A stretch of DNA of 63,814 nucleotides, filler included, from Octopus bimaculoides (GCF_001194135.2; 5 parts of 5 records of this genome joined end to end with filler, not necessarily neighbours in it), one strand, 5' to 3'. Positions 11,480 through 25,594 are shown, counted from the whole stretch's first letter. Notes: generated from the letters alone by a model not told the origin. Numbers and translations are program-made.

Positions 11480-14251
11480 CTGTTGGAATATGGGTATGCG
11501 GGTAGTATAAGTGAACAGAAAAGACGTATTGTTTGTACATGTGTTGATATAAATGTATATCATATGTTTGGAATACATGATATTTAACAGATTGTGCATC
11601 GTATATGTAAAAGGCGACATGTTCAAATTCATAGTTAAACAAAATGGACTTAACTCAGAATGAATACCTCAGAAACAGATTATACACAGGTGCTAAACGC
11701 AAAATGCCACCAATTTCTATTTTGTTCAGATTACACGCAGCAAATAAAACTATGGCAATATGCGTAATAATTTCATAACATATTCGCATAAAGATGTCGA
11801 AATTTGAAATGCAAATTTGGAGAAACAAAACAATCTATTAGAAGTAACATTCTTTATTATTTTGAAGTTGGTAAATAAATTTATCTCAGGTTCAAACGTA
11901 TAACAAAAGTCAATGGGTAAACTGAAGAACAGCTACTCTTTAAAATTAAGTAATATATTTATGCAACCGAAATATATTTATCCGTGTGCCAGCAGATAAT
12001 TCTTAAAAGTGTAAACAAAATTGACATTTTACAAATTAAATTTACTGTTTTACTAGATATTCCAGTGATTTTAGTTACTTTTACAACCACATTTGCTTAG
12101 TAGAACCATCGAATTAATTAAATATATTAATTAGTAATGATCATAATTTAAATGTTTGCAATTGTTAGTTAATAAATAGTTATAAGTAATTAATTTAATC
12201 TCCGGTAATTAAAAGTCACCCGTTGAAGAAACAAACGCTTCTTTCTCCATAGACAATGCTCACTTGTTCAACTTTTACAAACATACACTACGGCATATGT
12301 GAAACGATTTTATGTTTTAGAAATATATATATTTTTACATCTAATTGTCTTTCGTATTAATTTAACTAGATTCCTTTCTTTCTAACTCAATGTCACATCT
12401 GCATAGTTTCTCATTTCGATATCACGTATGTTCCATCATTATTTCTTATGTGACTGATTTCCCATGTTTCTGAAACATTTCTTAAAGTCTCGAATTATTC
12501 TAAAATATGTAATGAAATTATAACTCTGTAAATGTTTGGAAGTGATTGTAGAAAATATCAATGGTCAGAAGACTGATTGCTTTTCCTTTATGGACTTTGA
12601 TATCAAAAGGAATGCCTGGGACAACTGTTATCATTTGTTAGAGCATAGGCGTTTTAGACCACATCCCTCTTTTTTTTTACAAGAAGAAAACAATTATGCG
12701 TTCAATCCCTCGTTCGTTTTAAAGGAATGAAGTAGGATTTGGGGGCGATCCTGCAATAATATTTCTAGCATACAAAGCGCCAACTTAGTAACCTACAATA
12801 AACGTATGAATGTAAGTTAACAGCATAATATTTGCATCGAGAACCCAGCAAGGGAATCAGTCATAGTGAAGGATTTCCTGAATCTTCCCATTTCAATATG
12901 TCGAAAATAAGCCACATACATTTATCTTTCAATTTATAAATTTCTAATTTTGCACTTCAGAATTAGCTTCAGTATAATTTTTCACAGAAGGTGAATTTAT
13001 TAAACGCGACCTTCAAATTTCTGACAACAAAGACTTGACTAATTGAATTTGAAAGATAACGGAGTGGAAGCATGAATCCTAAGACACAGAAAAAAAATAT
13101 TGTCTGCGATTATTTTAATTAAATTACAATGAATAGGTAATCGCGGTGCTTGAAATATTGATTCTAAGTGTTTCTAAAATGAGAACACCTTTGATGGATT
13201 TTACTATAACATTACCACCTAATTGGCAATAAAACCTTAAAGCTCGGTTATACAGAATTTCCTTTTATAGATGTCCGTCTGTATAAAAACTGGCTTTGAG
13301 TCTAGTCAAGAATTTAACAATAGTAATTAAATCTAGAGAGTTGGATGCTGTTTAGCAAGTGGACCGTGAGAATAAATGTTTGGATACCGGTTTCTTTAAT
13401 TAGTTGTAATTCTTAATTCTTTTAATACTGATGTGGTCCAATTCGTCTTTTATCTTTCAGAATGATAATAAATGCACTGTATACTACAACAATTATGTTT
13501 AATTTAATTGACGGCGAAACAGTCTAATGAATTTGAGTCTATTCAAAGTATCACAGTTAATGGCTTTGTACAGCATTTTATTGTAGATATCTTCATAAAA
13601 CTTTATTAAAATCTCTATTATGTTTCAAACAAGCAAGCCTATAAAGGGCTGATAATATAATGTTGAAAAGAATTCAGTAGATTAATGTAATTAACTTCAC
13701 TTATTAGAACAATAGCTACACTAAAAAAACAAGACAATTAGTATGTCTGTCCGTTATAACAGATTATTCCGAAATAGCAATGAAGTATCTCACAATCTAT
13801 GTACTAATCTCTTAAAACAGTAACGTAATATCTTGTGGCTTCTGGTGACTTCTTCTGGACGAAAAAGAGTGCGATGTTTTGGCTCAAAATTGTTAGATGG
13901 TGAGCCTTCTGTATCACTGCTTACAGGCAACAAAACAGCGATACGGAGTACGAACCTGCATTGTTAACTATGATTCAAAAATACCTGATCCTTTACTGAC
14001 GAATTAACGATGCATTATAACTGCTCATTACTTACTCGAACTATTCTAACATAAAATATTTGAGCTCTATATCAAATACATTCCGCCTCATGTAGAGTGT
14101 TCGATACAACATACCGATGAAAAGCTTAAGTCATTTCAAAATATACGCAAGCTACATTTAATTTCCTAAAATATTGCAGTAAACTGTATGAATGACAACA
14201 CCCTCTTTTAGATTGAAACATACTGTTAGAAGTGTGTTTAGACACGCACAC

Positions 14252-14287
<36 letters not shown>

Positions 14288-14661
14288 ACACACACATGCA
14301 AACAAACACACACACATGCAAACAAACACACACACATGCAAACAAACACACACACACACACTCTCTCTCTCATTCAATCTCATTCACTCTCGTTCACTCA
14401 CACATATTAATAGAAAAACGTATATAAAATGCACTTGAGATCCTACTTGCATTTAATTGTAATGGAAACTTAAAACAAACAAGTAATTATACACTGGAAA
14501 AAAACCAACATATTCCCGTTGTAAAGAAATGAAAGATTTCATGGTTAGAATTATAAAGTTGAACGTTCAGTAAGGGCAGAGAACAAACGGGACCAAGACG
14601 AAAAAACTACACACGTAGTATAAAGTTTTTTTCGGCTCAGATGTTCAAACCAACAGCTTTA

Positions 14662-14879
14662 CGAAGGTGCGCTGATACGTTCCAGGCTTACAATGAAAGT
14701 AAATATAAAAGGCTCAGTTAACTATAATTTTATTCAACATATTCCACTCTCAGATTCACGTACATATTGCAGCGGTTCTTCTGTTTTTCTAAGCCTTGTA
14801 AATAGAACTCGGAAGGTCAGGCCTCCAACCAGGCCCTACGCGAAATCCTTAACCGCATGAACTTTTCAACACACCTTCG
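14662..14879. mobile_element. Mariner-derived MITE (218 bp)
   Basis: TA|CGAAGGTGCGCTGATACGTTC ... GAACTTTTCAACACACCTTCG|TA imperfect TIRs with TA on both sides. The interior on the minus strand resembles a mariner C-terminus (FYLQGLEKQKNRCNMYVNLRVEYVE*). Confidence 0.8.
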
Positions 14880-14977
14880 TACACATTTTTAGTGAAGGCG
14901 CAAAATTTGCATACTTGATTGATTAAAACAACATGCAAATGCATATAAAATTCTAAATTTTACTGTAAGTATATATA

Positions 14978-15003
14978 CAAGGGTTGGACAAAATAATGGA
15001 AAA
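14978..15003. mobile_element. Solo Tc1-like terminal inverted repeat
   Basis: TA|CAAGGGTTGGACAAAATAATGGAAA matches the Tc1 end at 54133. Confidence 0.65.
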
Positions 15004-15010
15004 AACATAC

Positions 15011-15051
<41 letters not shown>

Positions 15052-17136
15052 NNNNNNNNNNNNNNNNNNNNNNNNNNNNNNNNNNNNNNNNNNNNNNNNN
15101 NNNNNNNNNNNNNNNNNNNNNNNNNNNNNNNNNNNNNNNNNNNNNNNNNNNNNNNNNNNNNNNNNNNNNNNNNNNNNNNNNNNNNNNNNNNNNNNNNNNN
15201 NNNNNNNNNNNNNNNNNNNNNNNNNNNNNNNNNNNNNNNNNNNNNNNNNNNNNNNNNNNNNNNNNNNNNNNNNNNNNNNNNNNNNNNNNNNNNNNNNNNN
15301 NNNNNNNNNNNNNNNNNNNNNNNNNNNNNNNNNNNNNNNNNNNNNNNNNNNNNNNNNNNNNNNNNNNNNNNNNNNNNNNNNNNNNNNNNNNNNNNNNNNN
15401 NNNNNNNNNNNNNNNNNNNNNNNNNNNNNNNNNNNNNNNNNNNNNNNNNNNNNNNNNNNNNNNNNNNNNNNNNNNNATATATATATATATATATATATAT
15501 ACACGCATATACTTCTGTATGTGGCTTTCATTTGTGCGTTTTTTTTAATACAATTAATTTATACAATTTCTTTGCATAATTTACAATTTTATAGTATTAG
15601 GCAGATTTGCATAAGTATAGTTTTTATTATCCCCACACTTTTCAAATTCTTTTTCTTTATAGAACTGAAACCTTCATTGAAACGCTGTAGCTTTACGATC
15701 ATTTTAGTCATTTCAATAAATTCAAGACAACATTAAACTTTCATTTTAACTGATTTACAATTCCTGTAAATATATATTTTATGGTTTCATATCTTCAAAA
15801 TCTACAATTATATCATTGTAAAAGATTTCGTGCAGAATGCGAAAATCTACAACATTCCCTTTATGTATATAATAACTTCCTTAAAAAGAATTATATACTT
15901 TATTTTCTCATTTTATTCATGATATACATGTCAGGCTTTCACTATAGAAAATAAGATAACCAAAGCTATGTTTAACCTCATGGTTGATAATAACATAATT
16001 AGGGAATACACATCTTAATACTTCTCTGATGTTGTCAAGTCTTGTAACTAAATTATAATTACCATACAAATAATACCTAACGTATATGTGTGTAACGATA
16101 TAACCATATGTTATTTATGTTTTCTATGATACAAATGTTCAGAACCTTTCAACATATCTTCTTATTTGACTTTGAATAAATTTCATTGATACGTGTGAAA
16201 TATATATATCATAAAATGGTCTTAAACTAGATTGCTTATCTTGATTGTTTTGCATTATGATACGACATTTGTATATGCAACTCTCTAACTTGCCCACTAG
16301 CTTTCTAACAAGTAATTGATAGAAGACTTGCAACTGTTAAGTATATATTAAATAAATATATTCGAGAAGTAATGGATGCTGTGAGCGAATTGAAGCTAAA
16401 ACAGATGCCGCAGTTAAAAGGTATCAAGCGTAAGTTTTGACAGGTACACACGTATATAATGAGAATGAATTGCAATAGCTATGCACAACACCCAACGATC
16501 TATGATGTAAATTATTTTGAATATCCCTGTTTTATTAAATTGTAGGCATATATATTAACGTTTGTGCAGAAAGAGATCAATTAGCACAAAATACATTGAT
16601 AATCTCCTTAAATTACTTAGCATTTCATTCCTATTTCAAAAATTCTCCCATTGCAAAATAGTTAGGTCATACAACAATGCGCTGAATAGTATTGGTACAA
16701 GATTATAGGGTATATATCCACCAGCATCGCAAAATAATCGAAGATATAGAATTATAATGATTTGGTAAATCCATTGTTCGGTAAATGCAAAATATTATTT
16801 GGTAAATCTAAGGAGTACATAGAGTTAAAAGTGTTTTGCATGTAACGAGATAGTATTCGATAAAAGTAAAGAAGCGAAATAAATAATATTGCCGAGAATG
16901 TGTTCACATGTTATCACAATCATATTAACTCTGCTATTGAAATCAATACCGAAACCATGGTCATCACCTTCATTATAGTATTGAAGACAACCACCAATAT
17001 CCCTACCACCGATTCAACCAGCGCCAGCACCTGCAACACCAGCTATCACTATTACCAACTACAACACCGTCGCTACAGGATCCGCCATCGTCATCGAAAT
17101 CTCTATCATTGTTGTCATTGTTACGTGTCATTAGTA

Positions 17137-17566
17137 AAGGCGGCGAACCTACAGAAACGTTAGCGCTCCGGGCGAAATGCTTAGCTGTATTTCGTCTGTC
17201 TGTACGCTCTGTGTTCAAATTCTGCCGAGGTCGATTTTGCCTTTCATCCTTCCGGGGTCGATAAATTAAGTATCAGTTACGCACTGGAGTCGATGTAATT
17301 GATTAATCCCTTTGTCTGTCCTTGTCTGTCCCCTCTATGTTTAACCCCTTGTGGGCCATAAAGAAATAAGAAACGTTAGCTCGCTGGGCGAAATCTTAGC
17401 CGTATTTCGTCTGTCTTTAGATTCTGAATTCAAATTCCACCGAGGTCGACTATGCCTTTCATCCCTTCGAGTTCAATTAATTAATTACCATTTGCTTACT
17501 GAGGTCGATCTAATCAACTGCTCACCACTCCAACAATTTCGGGCCTTGTGTCTAGAGTAGGAAATA
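17137..17566 (+). mobile_element. Tandem dimer of tRNA-SINE family A
   Basis: Two consecutive units (second starts ~17369), each gaaacgttagc...ttcaaatt..gccgaggtcga..tgcctttcatcc... Confidence 0.8.
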
Positions 17567-18360
17567 ATATGTGTTTTTAGCAATATTATTATCATTAGAA
17601 TCGTTATCTTCCTCATAATTATTATATGTAAATATACTACGACGACGCTATTTGATGCAGCGTGAAATAAGAAAATATTTCAATTACATTTCTTCAACTA
17701 TTTGTTCAAATTAATCTCAGAGACACGGATATTCGTTTGATTTAAAAAGGTGTTTACTCACTGATTCTATACAAATACACGAATCTTTGAAGCCGACAAA
17801 AGTTATACTAGTGTCTAGTTATTTTATAATTTTCGGCCAATACGACGTCAATTGATTCTGTGAAATGATAGTTTAGGAAAAAAAAAAAACAAAAAAAAAT
17901 TGTATTTCATTACTGATATGTTCACTGAATAATCTTTTCATATTAGGCATTGCTATACCTAGCATTGCTGGAGCTGTTCAACTTCAGAATAAATGTTCTA
18001 CGCAAAAAGATCTATGATTAAGATAATCTATGAATCATTATTTTCAGTACATTTAATTCAATAAGAAATGTATAGATTTACACCAGAATTTGAGTGAAAA
18101 TGGGCGTCGAAATGGGACGTAAATTAAAAACATTTACAACTGCAAATAAGGACTGTGTTCGTAATAGTTGAAGAAATTCACGTGGTGCTATTCAGCAGAT
18201 GAAACTGAAGATCGTCGATGAGTCTCAAATACCCTGAATGATTTATATGGACGTAGGCTTTCGTTATTTGGCAAAAACAAAATTCTTAAAAGTTGGTAAG
18301 ACTGGGGGCAGGTTGAAGATATCATCAAATAAATATGTCACATTTGCACACACGCAAACG

Positions 18361-18392
<32 letters not shown>

Positions 18393-18879
18393 TCACATTC
18401 ACACATATATAAATAAAAAAACCGGTACACAGAATGCAAGACAAATTGGCATGGAGGGTTTGGACTCGAATGACTGCTATATTAAAATCCCACGGTGGTG
18501 TAATGCTATAAAATGAATGCTAGCAGAGATTAAAATCTTGACTAAGAGCTACATGTTGTTTACGGCTACAAATAAAGAACAATTATTTATTTCAAACACG
18601 ATATTTAGAAATGATTTGATAACAATAATATAGACTATTATGTTTATTTAAATACATTTAGATGTAGAAAATTCCCAACCCATGTACATATAGACATGTT
18701 TATATTCGGGCATATCTATATATGTGCGTGCGTGTGTGCAAGTAATTTCATGTGTGTGTGAGCATGTGTATGCATCTATATGTATATATGCATCTATATG
18801 TATATATTTACATGTAAATATACATACATACATACATACATATATACACACACACACACACACATATAAAAGTCATTGA

Positions 18880-18990
18880 GTGTGTGTGTGTTTCCTCTAC
18901 GCACGGCCACACTGTGAACTAATCTGTACCGGATTTGGTATGAAGGTTTTTCATTACTCGAGAAATGTGGGTAGTGGGTATAAAAAATAT
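18880..18990 (+). mobile_element. Helentron/DINE-like non-autonomous element fragment, copy 1
   Basis: gtgtgtttcctc..gcac.gcca...aatctgtacc..atttgg.atgaa.gtttttcattactcg, repeated at ~19860; the motif resembles DINE-1/HINE cores. Confidence 0.5.
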
Positions 18991-19113
18991 TTTAGCCCCT
19001 CCTCATATAGGGGGCTGTAGCCCCCCCCCACCTGTACGACCCTTCCGATTTCTCTTATGGAGAAGTATAATAATTTCAGTTTTCTTCTTTCACTAATTGT
19101 TTCACTTTTCTTC

Positions 19114-19144
<31 letters not shown>

Positions 19145-19854
19145 NNNNNNNNNNNNNNNNNNNNNNNNNNNNNNNNNNNNNNNNNNNNNNNNNNNNNNNN
19201 NNNNNNNNNNNNNNNNNNNNNNNNNNNNNNNNNNNNNNNNNNNNNNNNNNNNNNNNNNNNNNNNNNNNNNNNNNNNNNNNNNNNNNNNNNNNNNNNNNNN
19301 NNNNNNNNNNNNNNNNNNNNNNNNNNNTTTAGTTGTGATAATGGAACAAGAGGTTTTGTAAAAAAGAAACAGTAAGGTTACTAAATAACAAAATGTTTTC
19401 ATACGGACACATTCTTATACACTGTAGGATAGCTTTTAATTTATACGATAAACTTTATAAATTTTAAAGTTCAATATTCCAGAGACATAAGTTAATGATC
19501 TCGACAGTAGTTATTCGAATAATTGTTCGTGGAATGGACCAAATAAGATTAGCCACATACACTCGGTACTTCATATTTAAATTCGATGTCACTATTTCTA
19601 CTTGGATATTGGTTCTATATCAGATTCAAATTCGAATCTACAATTTCCCGTAGCCATACAACCTATCATTTTTGTCAAGGAGTAACGCAGATTTATGTGT
19701 TCCCCACTTCACTCATAATTTTTCTATGCCATGAAAAGTTGAAATAGATACTGAGTGACCTAGACCAATTTATTCATTGTTAGAGTGGTCTACCTCTTTT
19801 TCTACCTGCTCTGTATATACTCTGTAAGCACGGTGTCTATAATATTCACTGTCC

Positions 19855-19960
19855 ATGTGGGTGTGTTTCCTCCATGCACAGCCAAACCGCTGGATCAATC
19901 TGTACCAAATTTGGCATGAAAGTTTTTCATTACTCGGGCGAGTTTCAAGGGATGGGGGTC
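19855..19960 (+). mobile_element. Helentron/DINE-like fragment, copy 2
   Basis: Diverged direct copy of 18880-18990. Confidence 0.5.
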
Positions 19961-21475
19961 AATAATTTAAAACTTTTTTCAAAAAACAGGAATATGTTTT
20001 ACATACATGTCATATACGTCGGTTTTGTTTTTTCACCTTAAAGATAGACGATTCTGATAGACGCAAACATGATATTGAATAATTCTCCACGATGCGTCTA
20101 CGACCTCACCACATTTTTTTTTAAAAGCAAAAATACACGCTGTTTAATTGTGATATTAAAACAAGGGTTTTGAGTCCTGACGGCCAAAATTCATTTCTCT
20201 TGGGAAATATAAGTGCGACGCAGGATTTTGTCTTATACTATCTGTTTGATTTTTAAACATACGTATTCAGCCAAGCTGTGTTGATTGAGACGTTTTAAAG
20301 CTAATGCAGAGCATATTGAACATAATTTCATTTCTGAGTATCAGACTTGTTCTATTTAACAAAGAACTATCGCAAAATAGCCCTCTTTATATACGTAGAC
20401 ATAAAGAAAGATGATATTCAGTGTAATACTTAACATGAGAAATGTATACATGTGTTACCACTATATTAAAATTCTATTTCGTATTTTGTTCGCTTTCAGT
20501 GTCCGTTTACTTAGCTGATAATTTTGAGTTGTGAAACGACCTGAAAATATGCAATATACTGTGATATATACACTATTGGGTAGTTCCAAGATTATGAAGT
20601 TATCTTTGCTCAAAGAATTATCAGAAGGAGCAAAACTAACGGAGTAGATGTTTGATAATGCCATATGAGTAACTAATATCCATTATCATAAAGTCTATTC
20701 TCTGAAGCTGAATACATTATAATTCAGGCTGGCATAGGAAATGAAGTTGCAATAGATTACCAGTGACATGCTTGTTTTCTCACATCATACCTAAAGTGGC
20801 TCGTACTCATCAGCCCGTCCTCATCTACGATTACAACGTTTTCTTCTACTCGACAATGTTTGTTGTCTACACACACTTCACCGTGCGAAGATAGTAGAAA
20901 TGTTAATTATGAGTACACCTCTTTGAACTTACGACCATAAATGAACCTAATAAGAATAGTGATTTATCGACGACGTTGCACTAAGTGTTAATGAGTCAAA
21001 CAAGCGCTTCCACTTGTCAATAAAATTTTATAACTATTGTGCAATATAATATATATTCGAATAATATGAAATGAACAAAAACAAATAACCAAGTGTAGTT
21101 TGTAATAAAATTGATCAAATCTAGAAATGAGATTCATTTCTAAGTCCGGTGCGTTGTCTGCGGTGAAAAGATGTTTATTCAATAATTATATTCATTCTCC
21201 TTAGCGTTTTTACATATGAAATTTCACATGCATATTGCATTAAATTTTGTCAGCTCTACTACAAAATTTGAAGAATTGAGAGACTTCTTCACACACGCGC
21301 GCGCTCGCGCGCGTGTATGTGTGTGTATTGACAAATATATGTATTGATCTACTGTTAAAACAGGGGGCCGTATTTAATTACTAAACACAAGCATGAGATG
21401 TATTCCTATAACAGGTAATTAAAGAACACCTTCATAGAAGGTTATATAAAAAAACACACACATACCCATTTATTC

Positions 21476-21513
<38 letters not shown>

Positions 21514-21523
21514 NNNNNNNNNN

Positions 21524-21565
<42 letters not shown>

Positions 21566-21589
21566 ACATATATTATTTATTTGCTTGTA

Positions 21590-22880
21590 TATGTACAAGC
21601 ATAACCCTTGCTCTGATGCTGAAGCCTCCCATTCTTTATCAAACCCAATAGCCCTGGATTCTGACAGTTACTCTGAAGAAGAGATTGAAGAGTACAATTA
21701 CGGTGAAGATGACAGAGTTAATCCAAATGATATTTGGTACTTATTCCTCCACAAGAAGGTACAACAAATCTGCAAATGGTACGAGACTTGTAACTAGAAC
21801 AAACATCACTACCGACAAAGCAGTGAAAAGCTGCAAACAGTCGTCAGAAGAGGGCATTGACATCCCGGCTCGTAGTGAACAAGGTAGTTGCAAGGCACCC
21901 TTCAAGAAAGCAGGTGAAATGAAGAAATATTTGATCGATTCTCTACGCAATCAGAAATGAAACCTGCATGTCGATGGTAAACATATTGACAGAAATGAAA
22001 ATCAAGCAGTTGTTATCAAGAAGGAAACAAGTGAAATCAAGCTGGCTACTCTCACGCTGTGTGATGGCAAGGCTGAGACCATTTCAAAAGGACTGAAAAG
22101 CGTCTTGGACGAATTTCACATGCGGAGTACAATCTCAATGATCATTGCTGATACAACCAATGTGTATACAAGATGAACGGGTGAGGTAGTGGTTAGACTG
22201 CAGTGAATGTTCTTGAGCAAGGGCTATGATAAACCACAATACGTGAGCTGCCAAGACCATATCTTGGACATAATCCTGCACGTCGTTATGGATGAGGAGC
22301 TAGAAGGCGCCAGCAATTCGCCCAATAGCGAATATTTTTTGTCAAAGAACTCATGACAAGTTCTGAAGAACTCTAAGGTACTTTCTAGAATGGATTTCAT
22401 GTCACTGAAGACCAAGCTAGCTGGAGAGATGATATGAAGTTTTTGTTCCACTTAATCCATGCACAGAGACCTACCGATCATCAAGTTTCAGAAAATTCCG
22501 AACAATAGTAATACCAGATGGAATTCGCAGCAATTTTAGCCCTTCTTGCATTTTACCTCATATCACATGTGAGAAGAACATTGATGATCTGCCAGTTCTC
22601 GTCATACGAGTGGGCAGACCACTGTTTCAGTGACCAAGTGTATAGCGCTGAAGATTATGCAGATCTATCGCAAGCCTTACTACTCTACAAGACGGCTTTG
22701 AAATGCTTGACAAAACCCTGAAAACATGAGCCATCAAAACTAAAGATCAGCAGAATAGATCGATGCTGTGAGCGAGCAATTAAAGTCATGCAAGAAGGAC
22801 ACGCCACATACAAGAACAAAGCTAACCTGTCATTGCATTTCATTCTAAAGACTTGCCGCAAATTGAGTATTGACTAATTT
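21590..22880 (+). pseudogene. Decayed hAT-superfamily (hATm-like) transposase
   Basis: Translation across stops/frameshifts: LHVDGK..., IIADTTNVYT, CQDHILDIIL, NTRWNS, RCCERAIKVMQE. This matches the hATm motif order HWDGK / DTTASNTG / CRHHILE / RW / ERAIK. Confidence 0.7.
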
Positions 22881-24030
22881 GACTTTATATGACTTACCTT
22901 CTTTTTATTGTTTTGGAATGCAGAACACAATTCTTTTAGCAGTTATGGATTAAACGTTTTGGATCTTTACTCCTTTTTTTTATATTTATTATTCAACCAG
23001 GGTTCTAGTTTGTGTAAACCCAACGAAATGCAACCGAGTATAAAAATTTCAAAGTCAGTCATTGGTGAACATTTTAGATCAATGCAAAAAAAAAACCATT
23101 GATGTTCATTGTTTTTTAGCAAGGGCTCCTCAGAATATGATAAAGGACTATGGAGTTGCAAAAAAGTTGTATCCCAACTATGCATAAGTAAATATGTATA
23201 GATACCTATACATATACCTATATATACATACACAGGTATACATATATANNNNNNNNNNNNNNNNNNNNNNNNNNNNNNNNNNNNNNNNNNNNNNNNNNNN
23301 NNNNNNNNNNNNNNNNNNNNNNNNNNNNNNNNNNNNNNNNNNNNNNNNNNNNNNNNNNNNNNNNNNNNNNNNNNNNNNNNNNNNNNNNNNNNNNNNNNNN
23401 NNNNNNNNNNNNNNNNNNNNNNNNNNNNNNNNNNNNNNNNNNNNNNNNNNNNNNNNNNNNNNNNNNNNNNNNNNNNNNNNNNNNNNNNNNNNNNNNNNNN
23501 NNNNNNNNNNNNNNNNNNNNNNNNNNNNNNNNNNNNNNNNNNNNNNNNNNNNNNNNNNNNNNNNNNNNNNNNNNNNNNNNNNNNNNNNTATATATATACA
23601 TATATATATGTGTGTGTATGCAAAATCACTCATTAAATGCAAAGGGTTTCTCTACTCACCGAGACAGTTGCGTGAATGTTGCCAGTAGTAGGTCAAATCT
23701 TGCACATTTTGCTTTATCAATACAATTTTAATCATAAAAAAATTATGTGAGAAATATATAAGACAAAAATGAAAACTTCAACTCAATATAGTTTGCTTTC
23801 TTGATTCCATGATATTTTAGACACGATATAATGAAAAATATTCAGTCTATTTTATTAATTCCAGAACATCAGTGTAAACGAAGCACGAATGAGAAATATC
23901 AATCCTATTTTCTTAATAAAATCTTCAGGCAAATAACAAGCGAGATAAAATAGATTTGAGAGAATATAACCGCCTCGAGTGCAGTCATATTTTCAGATAA
24001 TATTATAGCAAAAAGCGATGAAAAGAATAC

Positions 24031-24091
24031 CTGTTTGAAAATACCAAAATATCAACGTTGCAGTGAATGTTTAATAACATATGTATTGTAC
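24031..24091 (-). CDS. Candidate internal exon (G)TIHMLLNIHCNVDILVFSN
   Basis: Acceptor gctttctttttaacag, donor CAG|GTATTC, 61 nt, only one open phase (1-2). Confidence 0.3.
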
Positions 24092-24774
24092 CTGTTAAAA
24101 AGAAAGCTTTTGGGGGAACGAAGACGGTATGAAGACGGTATATGTATATATATATATATATAAACATAATTAAGGGATCAGCAAGCATTTGCTTCACCAT
24201 ATACCGAAGTTCAGAAATAGCAGCTAAAAAAAGCTGAGACTCCAACAGATAGCATTACTTGTAACTCACAAAGGCAAAAACAAGAAGAAAAATCAATGAA
24301 AACTAACAATTTAAAGTTAATCATAGACGCGTTTCTGGATTATGAATGATAAATTCAATTTCCGTCATCGGTATGATATTCCAGTAGTACATTCGACTAC
24401 GCTAGCAAACCGCGCAAGTATGAATGAGTGAACATTATGCCTCGACACAATCNNNNNNNNNNNNNNNNNNNNNNNNNNNNNNNNNNNNNNNNNNNNNNNN
24501 NNNNNNNNNNNNNNNNNNNNNNNNNNNNNNNNNNNNNNNNNNNNNNNNNNNNNNNNNNNNNNNNNNNNNNNNNNNNNNNNNNNNNNNNNNNNNNNNNNNN
24601 NNNNNNNNNNNNNNNNNNNNNNNNNNNNNNNNNNNNNNNNNNNNNNNNNNNNNNNNNNNNNNNNNNNNNNNNNNNNNNNNNNNNNNNNNNNNNNNNNNNN
24701 NNNNNNNNNNNNNNNNNNNNNNNNNNNNNNNNNNNNNNNNNNNNNNNNNNNNNNNNNNNNNNNNNNNNNNNNAT

Positions 24775-25120
24775 GAGTATATGCATATATACGTACAGGT
24801 ATGTGCATACCGACATCCACCTGTATGTATAGGTGCATATCTGGGTACAGGACATTGCAAACAAACGTAGACGAGAACACACGAGCCACATAGAGAACAT
24901 TCTACTTCATCAGCTACCCACGTTTTAACACCGGCGTTTCGACGAGCTTCGGGCAGGACGCAACGTTAAAACGGCTCGTCCCATGGATCGCAGATTAAAT
25001 CTGTATACGCAAATTAAATCTAGCCATGGAGGAATGTAGTGGCGGACAAAAAAACAAGACAGGAAAACAAACAGAAGGCTTTACGGCCAGACGAGAAAAA
25101 TTATACACGTTTATATATTC
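24775..25120 (-). repeat. Dispersed repeat, possibly Penelope-terminus related
   Basis: 24780-24890 is shared with 38380-38500 (gcatatctgggtacaggacattgcaaacaaa..cgtagac). The minus strand has GAAACGCCGGTGTTAAAAC and CTGATGAAG, similar to the 277-330 motif. Confidence 0.5.
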
Positions 25121-25384
25121 GTTTGGCAAGTTTCTTCATGTGAATACGTGTGTTGAAACAGATGTTGTATTTTGGGATGATCACGTTGCCAGTTTGGCCA
25201 ATGAAAAGACAGGCACTATATATCTGGTGTTCACTTGCTTCACCTAATATGAAATAAACCTGAAGTAAGTGAACACCAAATGTATAATGCGAGTGTTTTC
25301 ATTGGCTAAAATGGCAACATGATCATCCCCAAATACAACAATATATATACATATTAGAGAATGAAAGAGTGTCTGAAGAGGGTA

Positions 25385-25479
25385 TCTGTCTGTCTGTTTA
25401 TCTGTCTGTCTGTCTGTCTGTCTGTTTGTCAGTCTGTCTGTCTGTATGTCTGTCTGTCAGTCTTTCTGTCTGTTGTCTG

Positions 25480-25540
<61 letters not shown>

Positions 25541-25541
25541 G

Positions 25542-25594
<53 letters not shown>
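25385..25594. repeat. (CTGT)n-(CTAT)n-(AGAT)n compound microsatellite
   Basis: Directly visible. Confidence 0.95.

Noticed and set aside
20770-20815. Minus-strand CTGATGAGTAC...GTAT as a hammerhead
   Set aside because: The stem is followed by GATG rather than GAAA, and no stem I or III forms.
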